A stretch of 63,727 bases of DNA, filler included, from Reticulomyxa filosa (GCA_000512085.1; 13 parts of 13 records of this genome joined end to end with filler, not necessarily neighbours in it), one strand, 5' to 3'; positions 25,501 to 38,400 are shown, counted from the whole stretch's first letter. Program-made: numbers and translations. Notes: generated by a model from the sequence alone, not told the origin.

Positions 25501-26697
25501 TGAGACGGCTTGACGAAGGAAGAGCGGTCGTGATGAGTGTCATCTTCGTCGGGCGAGAGGTTATTTCGCAAATCATATTTTTTGGGGATTGGCGTGGACA
25601 ACTGCAAGTGGCCAACGTCCTTGTTATGTTTCTCATGTGGCTCAATTTTGTCTGTCTCTTGCATCACTACATCCTCGTCCATCGAAAGAATCTGGTCCGT
25701 TCTATCTCCAGTTGCCGTTGGTGGTGATGAGCTTGCCCTTGATAACGGTGCATTATTTTCTAATTGCATATACATATATACATATATATATATATATATT
25801 ATGTATACATACATATATTTATATATGTTATAATAATGATATCGTTATTATTATTATTAGTAATAATCCCAATGATTACAATCAGTTTGGAACTCAAACA
25901 AAAGCAAAGAAAGCAACTGTCATCGTGATGATGCATGGACCGTACGGAAGACGTCAGCGAAGGAGTAATGAGAGAAGTGACATCATTTGTGGTTAGTAGT
26001 AATGGCAGTAATAACACCAACTTTTGCCGCAAGTGAGATGGCAATAATGAGTCATTTATTATTTCTTGCAATGACACTTTCACCTTTTTTTAAAAAAAAA
26101 AAAGTTTTTTTTTTTTAAAGAAAAAATAAAAAGCAACAAATGAAAAACTTACTGTTTTCATTTTAGTTTTCATATTTTTGGTGAGATCAATAAGTTGAGA
26201 GAGCTGACTTTCCAATTTCTGCAATTCGCGTGGATCATCCTTTATTTTATTTTATTTTTTTGAACGTTAGCCCCTTGATTTGAACTTAAAAAAAAATTCA
26301 TTATCAATTTTTTTTTTTCTTCCTCTTCCTACCTCTTTTTTTTTTTTAATATGAAAAAAAAATGTACATTATTTTGCGGAGCTTGCATTGTGTCCTGATA
26401 GTTTTGGATCTCTCTTCGTAATCTCTCATTTTCATGATATGCCAGGTCCAGCTGCTCAGATCGTTGGGAGAGCAACTTTTGTAACAATTTTACCTCTATT
26501 GCAAAGTTTCCGATTGTATGTATGCCGTTGTTTACAACTTTTGGAGTTACTGGAAAAGCAAAGCTTCCAAAGCATATTTACTCTTTCTGAAAATACATTG
26601 TGTGTCGAAGAATGAGACGAAAGGGGAGACATATGTGAGTTACACAACTTTTGGCATTCATTTCAGGGTCTTCTTTCAGGTCTGGACGTGCTTCCAT
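22518..26697 (-). CDS. Ras guanine-nucleotide exchange factor (REM + CDC25 domains) with long low-complexity N-terminus
   Basis: REM: ALILCHKSF, VRVRVCNVVRFWIKHYWEEDF. CDC25: LLDPDELAQQLTSMDFYLF, APNVLRMIAQFNSVSKW, NFSSFCACHAALNS, PAVPHIGLYLQVL. There is one A-run frameshift at about 23090. The start is tentative. Confidence 0.85.
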
Positions 26698-27099
26698 CTT
26701 ACAACTATTTCAGATTAAAACAGAAAAATGATCAAATGAACTATTTACAATAAAGTGCTGAGGGTTTCGGTTTTCGTCTACAGACAGCACCACTACAATA
26801 TATGATGTTTTTTTTGCCTGAACTTTCATTTCATCTTTCCCAAAGTTCAGTTTAATTTTCCATTTGGAACAGCTTATTACTTTTTAAAGCGTTAAGTAGC
26901 GAAAAAACACAACACCAATAAAAAAAAAAGTATATATAGTTTCTTTTTGATAGAGACAAAGACTCAAAAACAAAAAAACCAATCAGTTACTAATTACATT
27001 CTCTGATAAAAGAAAGCCAATTTTTACCTTTGTGCAACGTAAAAAATGACAGCTGATATAATCAATTCTTCTAAAGAAAACAAGATCAAAGGACCGTGT

Positions 27100-28300
27100 A
27101 CGCAAATCGAGATCATTGGGCTGGTGAATAGCTTTCAATTTTGCCAGCCTTAATTGGTGATTTTGTGTGAAAACAGTGAAGATGGATAAATGTCAGCAAT
27201 GTCAAGGAAATTGATGAGACCGCACAAGGAGGGTGCCCAAGTGGAGATTGGTTAGCACGGCCAAATGCTCTTAATGATGGGATATTTGGAACGCGAATCT
27301 CGACCAAACTTGTCTCAATACTTCCTTCTCTGGCTCAAGCTACTGCACCATATCAAACGCATTTTGCTGTTTGTCACGGACACTATTCAAAGAATAAAGA
27401 TCCACTCCATGCATTATTATCGTTTTTATCACTTCACAAACTTTTTCTCCACTCAATTGTTCGTAATATCGTTCATGCTCTTCCAATAGCATGCACAAGC
27501 ACGCCTCCTTACTTAGTTTTTTGACGAGAATATAGCAGTTTTCCTCCGCTGTATGTGTACACACATTTAAAAAACAGCAAAAAAACATAATGTACACCGT
27601 TAGATAAGGATACGTACTTGTGCAGATCGTTTTGTACGTACGTATAGTCTATTTATATATACTCGATATGAACATTTTTCTCTTTTATTTCGTCTACTTT
27701 TTTAAATATAAAATCAATCATACGTATAAAATTACCGAACTAAGTTTACGTGGGCTCTTTTCTCTACAAATATTCTATCCACTTCAGGCAATGCTGTAAA
27801 ATTGCAATAAGTAGTGCTTTTGGTACATATAATTGATTGGTAAGCAGTTTTTTAACTTTTTTGAAAACTGAAAAAAAATAACCTTTTTGCCGCAATGTAC
27901 ACGGGAGCTTCTGCTAGAATTGTATATCTTACTATACAAAATCCCCTTGAATATACAACGAATTGAACATTCGCTCCATTTTTGACTAACATACTCAAAT
28001 CGCGACGAGTGCTCTAGCAAAAGGTACACACATTTGCAAGGTATCATTTCTCTGGATGACTTCAATAACATTCGTTGTTGGCATTGTCTCTTTTTTCCAG
28101 TGCCAAATTCACAGCTCCAAATTGTTTCTTTAAGCTCTGTTCTGTGCATTATTTATTCATTTAAACAACTCATCCTCTGTTTTCTTACTACTATTTCATT
28201 CTCTGTTTCCTCTCCTCTCTTTTGCATTTCAAGCCTAACATTCTTGCAAGGCACTCAACTTGTGTCCCTTTTTTTTAAATTGTGCATTTTGACGAATTAA
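27100..28300 (-). pseudogene. Possible decayed gene remnant (weak ankyrin-like segment)
   Basis: Coding-like composition broken by in-frame stops (e.g. ...IIMHGVDLYSLNSVRDKQQNAFDMVQ*LEPEKEVLRQ). No clean splice model found. Confidence 0.3.
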
Positions 28301-28448
28301 AAAACAGCAGCCTTTCCACTACATTGACATGAGCTAAATCAAATTTTTATATGTTTTATCAGAGAAATAATTTTTTTGAGTCCCGAATATTGAAATAAAA
28401 CTTAAAATTGGTCAAGAAAAGTCGCATTTCTGAATGCACCAATTACAC

Positions 28449-30727
28449 TTAAGTATTTGTGTAAGATTTGGAAAACTTTGCATTGTATGCATTAACAAGT
28501 ACACCCCCATTTGCTCCCCCTGCATTTTTGAGAACTTCTACAGAAACCAAATCTGTTAATTGATCTGAACCCTTATTTGAATTAATGTCCAGTTTTTCGC
28601 ATCGACCACTTGAAACATTAGCGATCTGCATAAAATTTTGCTGTGCCCTCTGCTCAATATAGAAAGCATGAACTGGGATATTACGCTCTTTCAAACGTGC
28701 GAGCTCGTCCTCATAGTATGAGGGAATAGAAAATAGTTTGGTATTTTTCCAATAATCTTCACCAAATTTATACTGTTTTGAATCTTTTCTTTTACTAAAA
28801 ACTTCTGGTTTTGTATTTGCGGCGGCATCACCAATTAAGATCACTTGCGAAACAGATCCTTTTTCTTTTTCTACTTCTCTGTTGACGTGAGCCAATCCGA
28901 TTTCAATTGCTTCATTTCCCCATCCATAATTTGCCTCAATACTCTCCATAAAATTGCGAAGATTTTCAGGTTTTGATTCCCAAGTAGATGTCTGCAAAAT
29001 CATATCTTCAGGTGCATTGTAATTGCGATAAACAACAAATTGCATTTCAAAACTGTTTGGAGATTCTCCATTTTCCTTCAATATTGTTGAAATACGTTCA
29101 AACATAGTACATACTGCATTTTTGGCTTTTTGCAACAAATGATCCATTGACCCAGTTCCATCCATAAGAACAATTGTTCTTGAAAGCTTTTTCTGTTCTG
29201 CTCCCTTATTTCTCTCACATAACATTTTCTTCACTGTGTCCACATCATCTCTTTTTAAGGCTGCAATCAATTCCTCACCCAATTTATGTTCATTTGCAGC
29301 ATATTCCACATATTTCTTACTTTCTGCATATTGCAATTTAAAAAATTCACTTCTCTTTGCATGGAGTAATGGATAAAAGTTCCCTGCCTTTCTAGCACTT
29401 TCAATTTCCGTTTTGGTGATTAAAAATCTCTCAAGTGGTTTCTCACATAACACCAAACTATAAGAACCAGAAGTACCTTGTCTTGCAGTTCGTCCTCTAA
29501 TTTGCATTTCTTCAGATAATTCTTCAGAAAGGAATGTTTGAATCACATGAATTCCACCATTCGCAGCAACAATTTCATCACGAGAGATAAAGTCTGTCCC
29601 TCTTCCGAATGCCCTGGTAAACAATCCAACATATCCGGAAGTAGTTGCACGTTTAATTAAAGCTTCTTTTTCTTGACAAATTTTTTCTTCGTCCATCATA
29701 ACCGCATTTTCTTTCATCACAAGAAAATTGGAAGAGTCATAAAATTCCATTAATTGTTTCTTGGATTCAAAAAACACCAATACTGATCTTTTTGTTGCAG
29801 GATTTGTTCCAATCAATCTATCGTCAATTTCTTTCTTAAGAGTAGTAAAGTAATCACATTCTTCCACAATGAGAATATCTTTCTTTTCTGCAAAGATAAG
29901 TTTATTATCACCAAATAAAGATGGCATATAAGTATTTTTTGAAACATGATAATCCTTTTCCACAACTTCTTTTTCTGGTTCACTTAATGTCTTCAATGTA
30001 CCACTCACACCCATAATACAACAGAAGTTTTTAGGAACCTCTGCATAAGAAAAATTACCAATTTGAAATGACATAAATATATTCTTTCTGAAACTCTCAT
30101 CACTAATTTTATTTTGTTCATGCTCATAGTAATATGCAAATAATGTCTTATAACCATAACGAACATTATAACAAATAGTATCCTGCTCTTTATATCCAAT
30201 TTTATCATTACTCACTTGATATCCATGAGATTCAAATGTTTGAATATCATTCAACATATCTTTGATTGCCTCATCCAATAACAAAGACCATTCTTTTAAT
30301 ATTTTGCAACATTCTTCATATTCATTTGATTTTTTAACCTCATCCAGAGTCAAATTGAGTGCTTTGTTCTTCCAAATGTAATCAATCAAATTGGTGATTG
30401 TATGATGGCTTAATGTAGCAGCAGGTGAATAACAACTTCCATAAAATTCTTTATTGAAAAATACATCAACTTCATCAATTAACAGTATTTTGGCTCGAAT
30501 TACACGTGATATTTCAGCTGATTTTTTTTCTTCATCGGGTATGATCATATTTTCCACCAATTTACGAACATCACCTCCTTCATTAATGATTCCTTCACAA
30601 AGTTTGTTGAAAGTGCCATAATGAACATGATCAGTGATACTCAAAGTAGTAAACAATAGTTCAAAACTCTTAAAGTCTCTGTCACTCAAATACTCACTGT
30701 ATGATGCACAACTCACATCAAATCCTA
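28449..30727 (-). CDS. SecA-like SF2 helicase/ATPase motor fused to C-terminal vWA domain (5' truncated by contig end)
   Basis: Uninterrupted >755 aa ORF with GFDVSCASYSEYLSDRD, VHYGT, LLIDEVDVF (motif II), MGVSGTL (III), VLVFFES (IV), TRAFGRGTDF (V) and GGIHVIQTFLSEELSEEMQIRGRTARQG (VI), all SecA-type. It is followed by vWA motifs TIVLMDGTGSM, VVYRNY, GWGNEAIEIGL and VILIGDA. Confidence 0.85.
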
Positions 30728-30827
30728 NNNNNNNNNNNNNNNNNNNNNNNNNNNNNNNNNNNNNNNNNNNNTTAATTAATTAANNNNNNNNNNNNNNNNN
30801 NNNNNNNNNNNNNNNNNNNNNNNNNNN
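30728..30827. other. Artificial contig spacer N44-TTAATTAATTAA-N44 (six-frame stop linker); identical spacers at 33391, 35341, 41659, 43357, 44705, 49327, 50677, 51913, 53315, 59762, 60971
   Basis: The identical 100-nt structure occurs 12 times. TTAATTAATTAA is palindromic and places stops in all frames. Confidence 0.98.
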
Positions 30828-30920
30828 TCCGTCATGTTTCTTGGGACACATGGATGCTATTGAGCAAAAAAAATCTTTTTTATGTATTTATCAAATTCTA
30901 CTTTTTTATTTTATTTTTAC

Positions 30921-31054
30921 CTCCCATTGTGTAGTTTTATCATTATAATTTAAGTAATAAGGAGTCCCATCAACATCATATGCCTTTTTCCAACCTGGAG
31001 GCAATGGTGGTTCAACAGAATGATGAAATTTATGAATATCTGCGAATCCGGCCC
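30921..31054 (-). CDS. Exon encoding a WW domain (gene fragment)
   Basis: EPPLPPGWKKAYDVDGTPYYLNYNDKTTQWE followed by a GTAAAA donor. Confidence 0.8.
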
Positions 31055-31484
31055 TTTGAAAATTTTAATTTAAACTTTGAAACATGAATAAATTGTTTTT
31101 ATGAGATATAATTTAAACATTAGTTACTTTCTTCACAAATTAACGCTTTTAAACGTATTACAGAATTTGATTTTTCGAAAAAAATTGACAAAGATTTGGA
31201 ATTAAATTAAGAACTTTTTGTGGTGATTGCATTTCTAAGTTTTTAAATGTGTATTACATGATGACATCAATTATGCAACCGGAGAAAGTCCGAAAAATTG
31301 GCAATGTGTAATTTTTTTTATGAAAAAGACTTCGTTTAAAAGAACAAAATGCAATCAACTTAAAAAAACTTTAACAAAAACAAAGAGATCTGAAGAAGAA
31401 CGGACAATTAAAAAAAATGTTTTTTGTTTCTTGAAATAAGTTCACAGCAAAAAAAGAGGAAGATGAAGAGGGAAAGAAATAAAA

Positions 31485-32648
31485 TCACACATCGGTGTTA
31501 GTATTTGATTTTTCTTTGGACAAGTAAAGCAATATTTCGTAACAATCAGCAAAAAGAGTGCCCTCCAAAGTAAGCAAAGCCACACGAGGTGCAACACCTT
31601 TGGTGAGCCCATGCCACTTTTCTTTTTTGACAATGACTTTGAGAAGTTTGAAAGGATTAGTTTGCCCATAATCACCAGTACGTGTTTGTATTCTGGTGCG
31701 TGCGATATCAAAGGGATTGGTTAAAATGCCGGTGACAAGTCCTCCCAAGGCACCTGCGCAAGTGTAAGTAGCTCCGTTGTTCGCACAAAGCAAATATTTG
31801 AAGGCTTCATAGCTGGCCCACCAAATTCCGCTTGACGGGACATATTGCAGCAGTGCCGCCCCAGTGCCTCGATAAAATGACTTTAAAAAATTTCGATTGT
31901 GTTCGTTATATACTTGCCGAATCGTTGACCACACCGTCACTCCCGAGTTTGGATGACTCAGTACATAGCGTTGCTGCACCACCTCTTGCGGCACATATGC
32001 AATAACACCCACTGCCTCTGCCAACAGCCCACTGACAAACGGAAACACTGCGTTGTGCCATATGGGATTCGACATGTGCAGCTCACTGAATTGGTGCTTG
32101 CATATTGTATACACTCCGACGTGTGCTATTATCCCTGGAAATACCGTCACAGAATTGAATATATATCCACGATATAGCCCTATCCCCCATCGTTAGTGCA
32201 TGTTTTTTATTGTTTTGTCCACCCAAACCATAACAAATATCTTATTCCAATAACAATCAAATTCTGGAAATTTCTTGGTTTTTTTTTCTAGTTTATTAAT
32301 AGAAAAGGGCAACAATAGAAAAAAAAAAAGAGGGGGAGCATTTTTTTTTTAAATACCTTTAAATCCAAATTCTTTTACAATTGTGTTGGTTTGATTATAT
32401 AAATCTTTGAGAGCGTTTCCACTAAGTTCTCCAACATTGGTTTGAAGGTGGGTTTTGCAGTAAAATAACGGATACAGTATCGAATTGACTGCCGATTCCA
32501 TCAATATGCCGTAGGATATAAACTTGAATAGATTAATGTCTGGTGGCCATAACGTGTGTGTGTTTGCTGTTGTTGTTGCTGTCCGTTCTGCTGCTTTGTC
32601 GGGTGTTGTTGAAGAGTGAACTCCTGTTAATTCCATTTGAGAATACAT
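31485..32648 (-). CDS. Mitochondrial carrier family protein (SLC25A44-like), two exons
   Basis: Three carrier repeats: YPLFYCKTHLQ...GLYRG, VPQEVVQQRY...FYRG, NPFDIARTRIQ...GLTKGVAPRV. Confidence 0.85.
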
Positions 32649-33490
32649 GAGAGGGAGCAAGAAAAAAGAATATTGGAAAAATTTACTGTAAAGAAAAGCA
32701 ATTTACAACAATAAACTAGCAAGGTTGTCGCATGTTTGAAAATATTGCCCCTGTTCTTTTTTTTTGGGCAGAACGTTTGAAAGAACTCTGTGTTTGTTTT
32801 TGATTAATTGGAATTAAATCCTGCATAATTTCATGGAACATGGACTTGTAAAATTTCTTTCCTTCGTTGCATTTGAGTAAATTTTTTAAAAAGGTACAAC
32901 AGTTGATATTTGAAGAATATTAAGGTTAGCCAGAAGTGCGAAGGTATAAGAGACTTTTGACCATGCAGGTCATATTGGTGCAAAACGTTAAAATTAAATT
33001 GACAAAGAAAACAAGACATGACGCTTTGAGTAATGTTCTAAAATTTCACAAGTAAAACGAATTTCATCGCAAGTGTCAAATATCCGACAAAAATTTGCAC
33101 AACAACCTTGCACACATGTGTACGTGTGTGCCAGCGACTATAAGTTCCAACCATTATTTGTGTGACTCGTGTAGCCGAAGTGAAGTGCCAACAGTATGTA
33201 ACATCTTACTTCACATCCAGCCATAGGATGCACAATTACCAAAAAAAAAAAAAAAAAAAAGAATAGTACAAAAGCTCAATACAAACCAATTGTGTGAAAA
33301 TAAAATCTAAGCCTCTTTGGGTCAAAAAAGTAAAGCCAGCCATTGAGCATGAAAAAATGTATTTGTGGTCAAGATTTTTTTTTTTTTTTTNNNNNNNNNN
33401 NNNNNNNNNNNNNNNNNNNNNNNNNNNNNNNNNNTTAATTAATTAANNNNNNNNNNNNNNNNNNNNNNNNNNNNNNNNNNNNNNNNNNNN

Positions 33491-33715
33491 AGTAGGAATG
33501 GAACTGTCATTAATTCAAATGTAATATGTTCTGGTTCATTGGATAATACAATTCGTTTTTGGGATATTCGATCAAGTAAAAAAGAGCTGTATGTTATCAA
33601 AGGGGGTTATGGAGTATATTGTCTTAAGTTTTTATTAAAAAACAATCATGATCATAATTTTGGTATTAGCCTATGTTATGGTTCGCGTAAAGGTTCTATT
33701 TGTGTTTGGGGATGA
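33491..33715 (+). CDS. 3' end of WD40-repeat protein
   Basis: SNVICSGSLDNTIRFWDIRSSKKELYVIKG...LCYGSRKGSICVWG-stop. Confidence 0.85.
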   Translation, partial: SRNGTVINSNVICSGSLDNTIRFWDIRSSKKELYVIKGGYGVYCLKFLLKNNHDHNFGISLCYGSRKGSICVWG

Positions 33716-34471
33716 ATACATATCAATGATGTATTCTTTTAAGTTTATTAAAATTTTGTAAAATGGTTTTGCAATGAACGTAAGTAAATTTATTTGTTTG
33801 TCTTTCTTTTAATTATTTCTTCATTAAATATTTTTTAGCCTCTTTATAAATTTCTTTTTTAGATTATATGCAATATTAAGTAATGAGAATGATAAAATCT
33901 ATAATTAAACAAAGTGCCAGCATTTATGCCGTTCCTTTTTGTTTTCACTGACTTACAGATTAAAAAAAATAAACTTTCACTTTTTGTTATTCTCCTTAAT
34001 AAAGTTCTTCAAAATAAAACTCTTTTTCGAACTTTGAACTCCACTTTCTCAATCTCAATGTGTATTACGCAGACATGAAATCCTCATCTGTGGAAGTCAT
34101 CGAATAATAACTATACATTTGTTATAAAATATATGAGTGTTTTTTTCGAGTAAATTAAATATTTCCTTCAAGTAGCCACATGTCATGTATTCTATTGTAC
34201 TTTTTTCCCAATTACACGTAAATACGTCGATTGTTTTTAAGATATATAATCTTAAGTTTGAGCAAGAGACACACGTAATTAAGAAATACCTGAAAAAAAG
34301 TTAAATTGCACAATAAACGAGATGGTACTGAATCATTTTGTAGTTTCATGTATACGGAAGAGAAAGTAATGACAGGGTTTGTGTCAAATGTAATCAAAAT
34401 ATTTTTGGCGAGCCCCTTTTGTGACAGAATAAAGTTTTAACCTTGCATTGTTATCAGCAGAACTTGAGAAA

Positions 34472-35340
34472 ATGGGCAATCCTCTCACTAAAATGGTAAC
34501 TTCGACGCAATTGTCAAAAGTAAGTTTCTTTTCAATACACTCTTCAGAAATCCCGGTTTCTTTAACACGACTTTATGTGATTTGAGATAAATCGGTCAGA
34601 AGAAGAAATTAAAATAACTGTTAAGTATTGGATTCGAATGTCAAACATTAAATTAGGATGGATCAATGAATTTGATACACTTGTTGTCAATTATGTTATG
34701 TTTCTTTTGTCCATTTAATTACAATTGAAAATGTTTAAATATTTGTTAGTAATTACTATTTAATATAGGTTGCCACTTTTTTTATGCTTGACACATTTTG
34801 TTCATCATCTAAATTACTCAAAACATTCACCGGACATACAGATAGTGTGTATAGCATTGATTATTCGACATTTGATGGTAAACAATTACTTTGCTCTGCA
34901 TCATGTGATAATACAATTCGTGTATGGGATGTAGATACTAACAAACAAGTCCAAATATTGAATGAAGATTTACTTGCTGTATCTTGTGTGAAATTTTCAC
35001 AATATTATCATTATAACTATGGTCGTCATATTATTTGCTCGGTATGTGGAGAAGACATTCGTTTTTGGGATATTAAAGATAATCGACAATTTCAAATATT
35101 CAGTAAATACGAATTTCAGGTTTGTGACATTGAATTTTCACCTTTTAATAGTGGTCGATATTTATGTTCTGGATCACATGAAAATACTATTCTTTTACTT
35201 GATGTTGAGACATCCAAACAATTGCACGTTTTCAATGGACATGGGGCTGGTATTTTGAGTCTAGATATTTCACCATTGCAAAGCAATAACAACAAAAATG
35301 AAAGTAATAGTATTGGTGTGATTGGTGGTAATGGATATAC
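34472..35340 (+). CDS. WD40-repeat protein (lineage-expanded family), 5' part, three exons
   Basis: MGNPLTK... exon 1 (34472-34519), EEEIKITVKYWIRMSNIKLGWINEFDTLVVNY exon 2, then LLKTFTGHTDSVYSID...CSASCDNTIRVWD repeats. Truncated by the spacer. Confidence 0.9.
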
Positions 35341-36351
35341 NNNNNNNNNNNNNNNNNNNNNNNNNNNNNNNNNNNNNNNNNNNNTTAATTAATTAANNNN
35401 NNNNNNNNNNNNNNNNNNNNNNNNNNNNNNNNNNNNNNNNAACTTTTTAAAAAAAAAAAAAGGGGGAAAAAAAATTGTTGTGCACCTTTTGTAATATTTT
35501 CTGACTGAGACAAATATGATTTGCTTCTCAATGCTTGGTCTCTTGTACTTTTAAATGCATTTCGAACCATCCATGAGTCGTTTTCGTCCAAACCTTAAAC
35601 CCACCCGTGTTTTTCGTGTTGTTTCCTTTGTTGAGAGGGATAAATTGTTATACACAAGAAATAGTTCAAAACTGAAGCCAGAGTCATCCATGTTCGCACA
35701 TACAGTCTTTGTTGCTCGGCTTGATTGACGAAATTTTTTGAATTTCTTCGCGGTATTCATCACACAATAAAGGGCCAAATGAAAAAGGCTTAGAAATGCT
35801 TTGCTATAGCAAAACTAGAGGGTGAGAATAATGCAATTTCTGCACCATCTTCTTGAACCTAAAAAAGTCTTTTCTCAAAGGGTGTAGCAGTCACACTACA
35901 ACATTTTCCTTTGATCAATGCAAACACGTCAAAGTTTAACCAAGATATTGTCATGAACAATGCATTATCAGAAAAAAATTTTTTATTGATTTGGTTTTTT
36001 CCAAACGTATTTGATTCAGTTGCTTCAACTCAAATTAATCTTTGTTTCATCTAAAAAGATAGCTTTTTTCCAAGCATATACAGTTCAGTTATTTATTAAT
36101 TTGCAAATTCTTGCATTGCATTGATATCCATCTTCAAAATATGTCTTTTTCTTCTTAGTCACCGCAGTTAAACAATTTCTTTTTGACGAACACTGGATCC
36201 GTTAAATAACATGCCAACTGCGACTCCTTTCTTAAAAAAAATACAAAATTTTTTACCATTTTGAAAATGTAAAAACTTCAAAATAATGTTTAAAAATAAT
36301 AATATAAAAAAGTAAATGAACAAAGCCAAAAAGCAAAAAAAAAAATTGTAT

Positions 36352-36462
36352 ATTTAAAAACTACAAGATTTGTATTCTAGTAACTTTTTAGAGTTCGTGA
36401 AAAATATAGTTTTTTTCAGATATTTTTTCTACGTATTTTACTATCTTTTGTAGTTTTCAAAT
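36352..36462. repeat. Short inverted-repeat element (MITE-like) related to the 49168/63553 repeat
   Basis: ATTTAAAAACTACAA (36352) and TTGTAGTTTTCAAAT (36448-36462) are 14/15 reverse complements, and both match the outer end of the repeat at 49168-49326 and 63553-63704. Confidence 0.5.
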
Positions 36463-37142
36463 TAATAACTATTAAGAAATTTTATCTATTAAAATAAGAA
36501 TAAATAAATCACTGTAGCACTTACTTCAAAACAGTCTTTTTGTCAGAAAAGCAAAGATCCAATTTGTTAGATCCTTTTTGATATAACAGTGGAATTATTT
36601 CGATTGCTCATTTGTAAGCGGAGAGGATGTAATTTAGATTTATATAAAAACAAAGAGCAAACACAATAAAAAGAGGAAGAAAAAACAATGGCTTGGAAAA
36701 AAATACAGTGATGAACCAAAAAACAGCATACATGGAAGTGATCCCATTTTCACTTGCCTCACCCTGCAGTAGCAAGAGGTGGTATCAAAGTCAACAGCGA
36801 TTGCTAGAAGGCGAGGCCAGATCAAAACTTTGCAGATAGAATGCAATAAATTAGACTGATTTGTTGGTGCATTTAGTTGGGAAACTTTTGTTTTGTTTAT
36901 ATTGTCGTATCATCAGAATCTATCTTTTTTTGGTTTGATAATCTTTGTAAGCAGTGTCAATTCATTTTTCTATATTGCGAGATAAGCAAAGTCTTTCTTT
37001 TCTAGAAAGAATTTTGAAATATTGATTTCGAATATTATAAATTTGAAGCTTTTAAACGTGATTACAAAGCAATTTTGTAAATTAAAAAAAAGATTGTAAT
37101 GAATTTTGAAATACATAAGTAATGTGAAAATGATTCGAATGT

Positions 37143-38368
37143 TTATTGGAGTTGATATTCAATCATGTGGAACGCTCCAACAGGTTTGACATTTCTCAAA
37201 TCTCCAACCCTCTCAAAGCCGGATTGCCGACATAATTTGTCATATTCATATAACGTTCTTTCTTTTCCACCATACATGGCCATGAGATGGATATCCATGA
37301 AATTCAAATGTTTATTGCTTCCCAAGGAGTGTTTTGAATCTGGCAAAAGTTGTTCTACAATAAGTAAGCGTGGACGATATTGTTTGGAATCAGTCTGTGT
37401 GGCAGCAGCCTGAATATTTTTCAAAATTTTCAAGCATGATTTATCACTGTGATCATGCAAAATCCATTTCAACAAATATACATCTGCTTGAATGGGAACG
37501 GCGTCATCGTGATTATCACTTAAAAAATCTGCGCACACAAACTCGATCCTACCTCCAATGTGATTTGTTTTGTCATTTTTGGCAATGTATTCTTTGGCGT
37601 CTTTGATTACATTGCGTGTTTCGAGCAAATAGCCATATAATTCAGGATTGCGATGCAGCAACGTGGATAGCACATGTCCCAGCCCACCTCCAATGTCTGC
37701 AACAGTGAGAACCTTTGATCATTCAAGATGGTCAATATAAAAAGAGAGGAAAAAAAATGAATAATATATATATATATTAATGTTATTATTTGAAACTTGT
37801 GAAAAATCAAAATTATTTGCAATTTGCATTCGACATTCTTTGGCAGTTTCCAGCATATAAAGATTAAAGTAAGTATCAAAACCAGAGGTATGATACAAAG
37901 CATTGTCTCCGAAAAGCTTGTTTTTTTTGACATATTCGGCCAAGCTCAAAGGGCGGTTGCTTTGTAAAATGAGCTTCCAATCTTCGAAGATCAGTGCGTT
38001 TAATGGCGACGTCTTGGACATCAAAATGGGGAATGCATACCCTTTCGACGTGTATTTGACGGAGCTGTTCGTGTGTCGGACAAACACTTTGTCCATGTCC
38101 ATTTCCTCCCCCTCCTTCTCTTTCTCTTTCTCCTCGTCGCTGCCTTTTTCACTTCGTTTCATGTTTTTTGTGTTCGCAGTTGCATGGTCGTGACCTTCGT
38201 CTTCGTCGACAAATTCATATGACAGTGTTGTGTAATCCACAAAAGACAGCGCCCGCAGTATTCGATAAATTTTATATTTGTCCAATCCACACTTTTTGCT
38301 CAAGTCTTCGATTGATATCTTTACAAAGCTATCTTCTTCTGTGTTTCTGTCTGTCGTTCTTTGTATCA

Positions 38369-38400
<32 letters not shown>

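Noticed and set aside
27340-27345. Stop-codon reassignment suggested by in-frame TAG/TAA in coding-like tracts
   Set aside because: Conserved genes terminate normally (TAA in GUF1, TGA in CFAP44) and long ORFs contain no internal stops; decay explains these tracts better.
35441-36250. Possible gene fragments here and at 43457-43960 and 59862-60970
   Set aside because: No consistent frame, splice model or recognisable motif, so no call can be supported.
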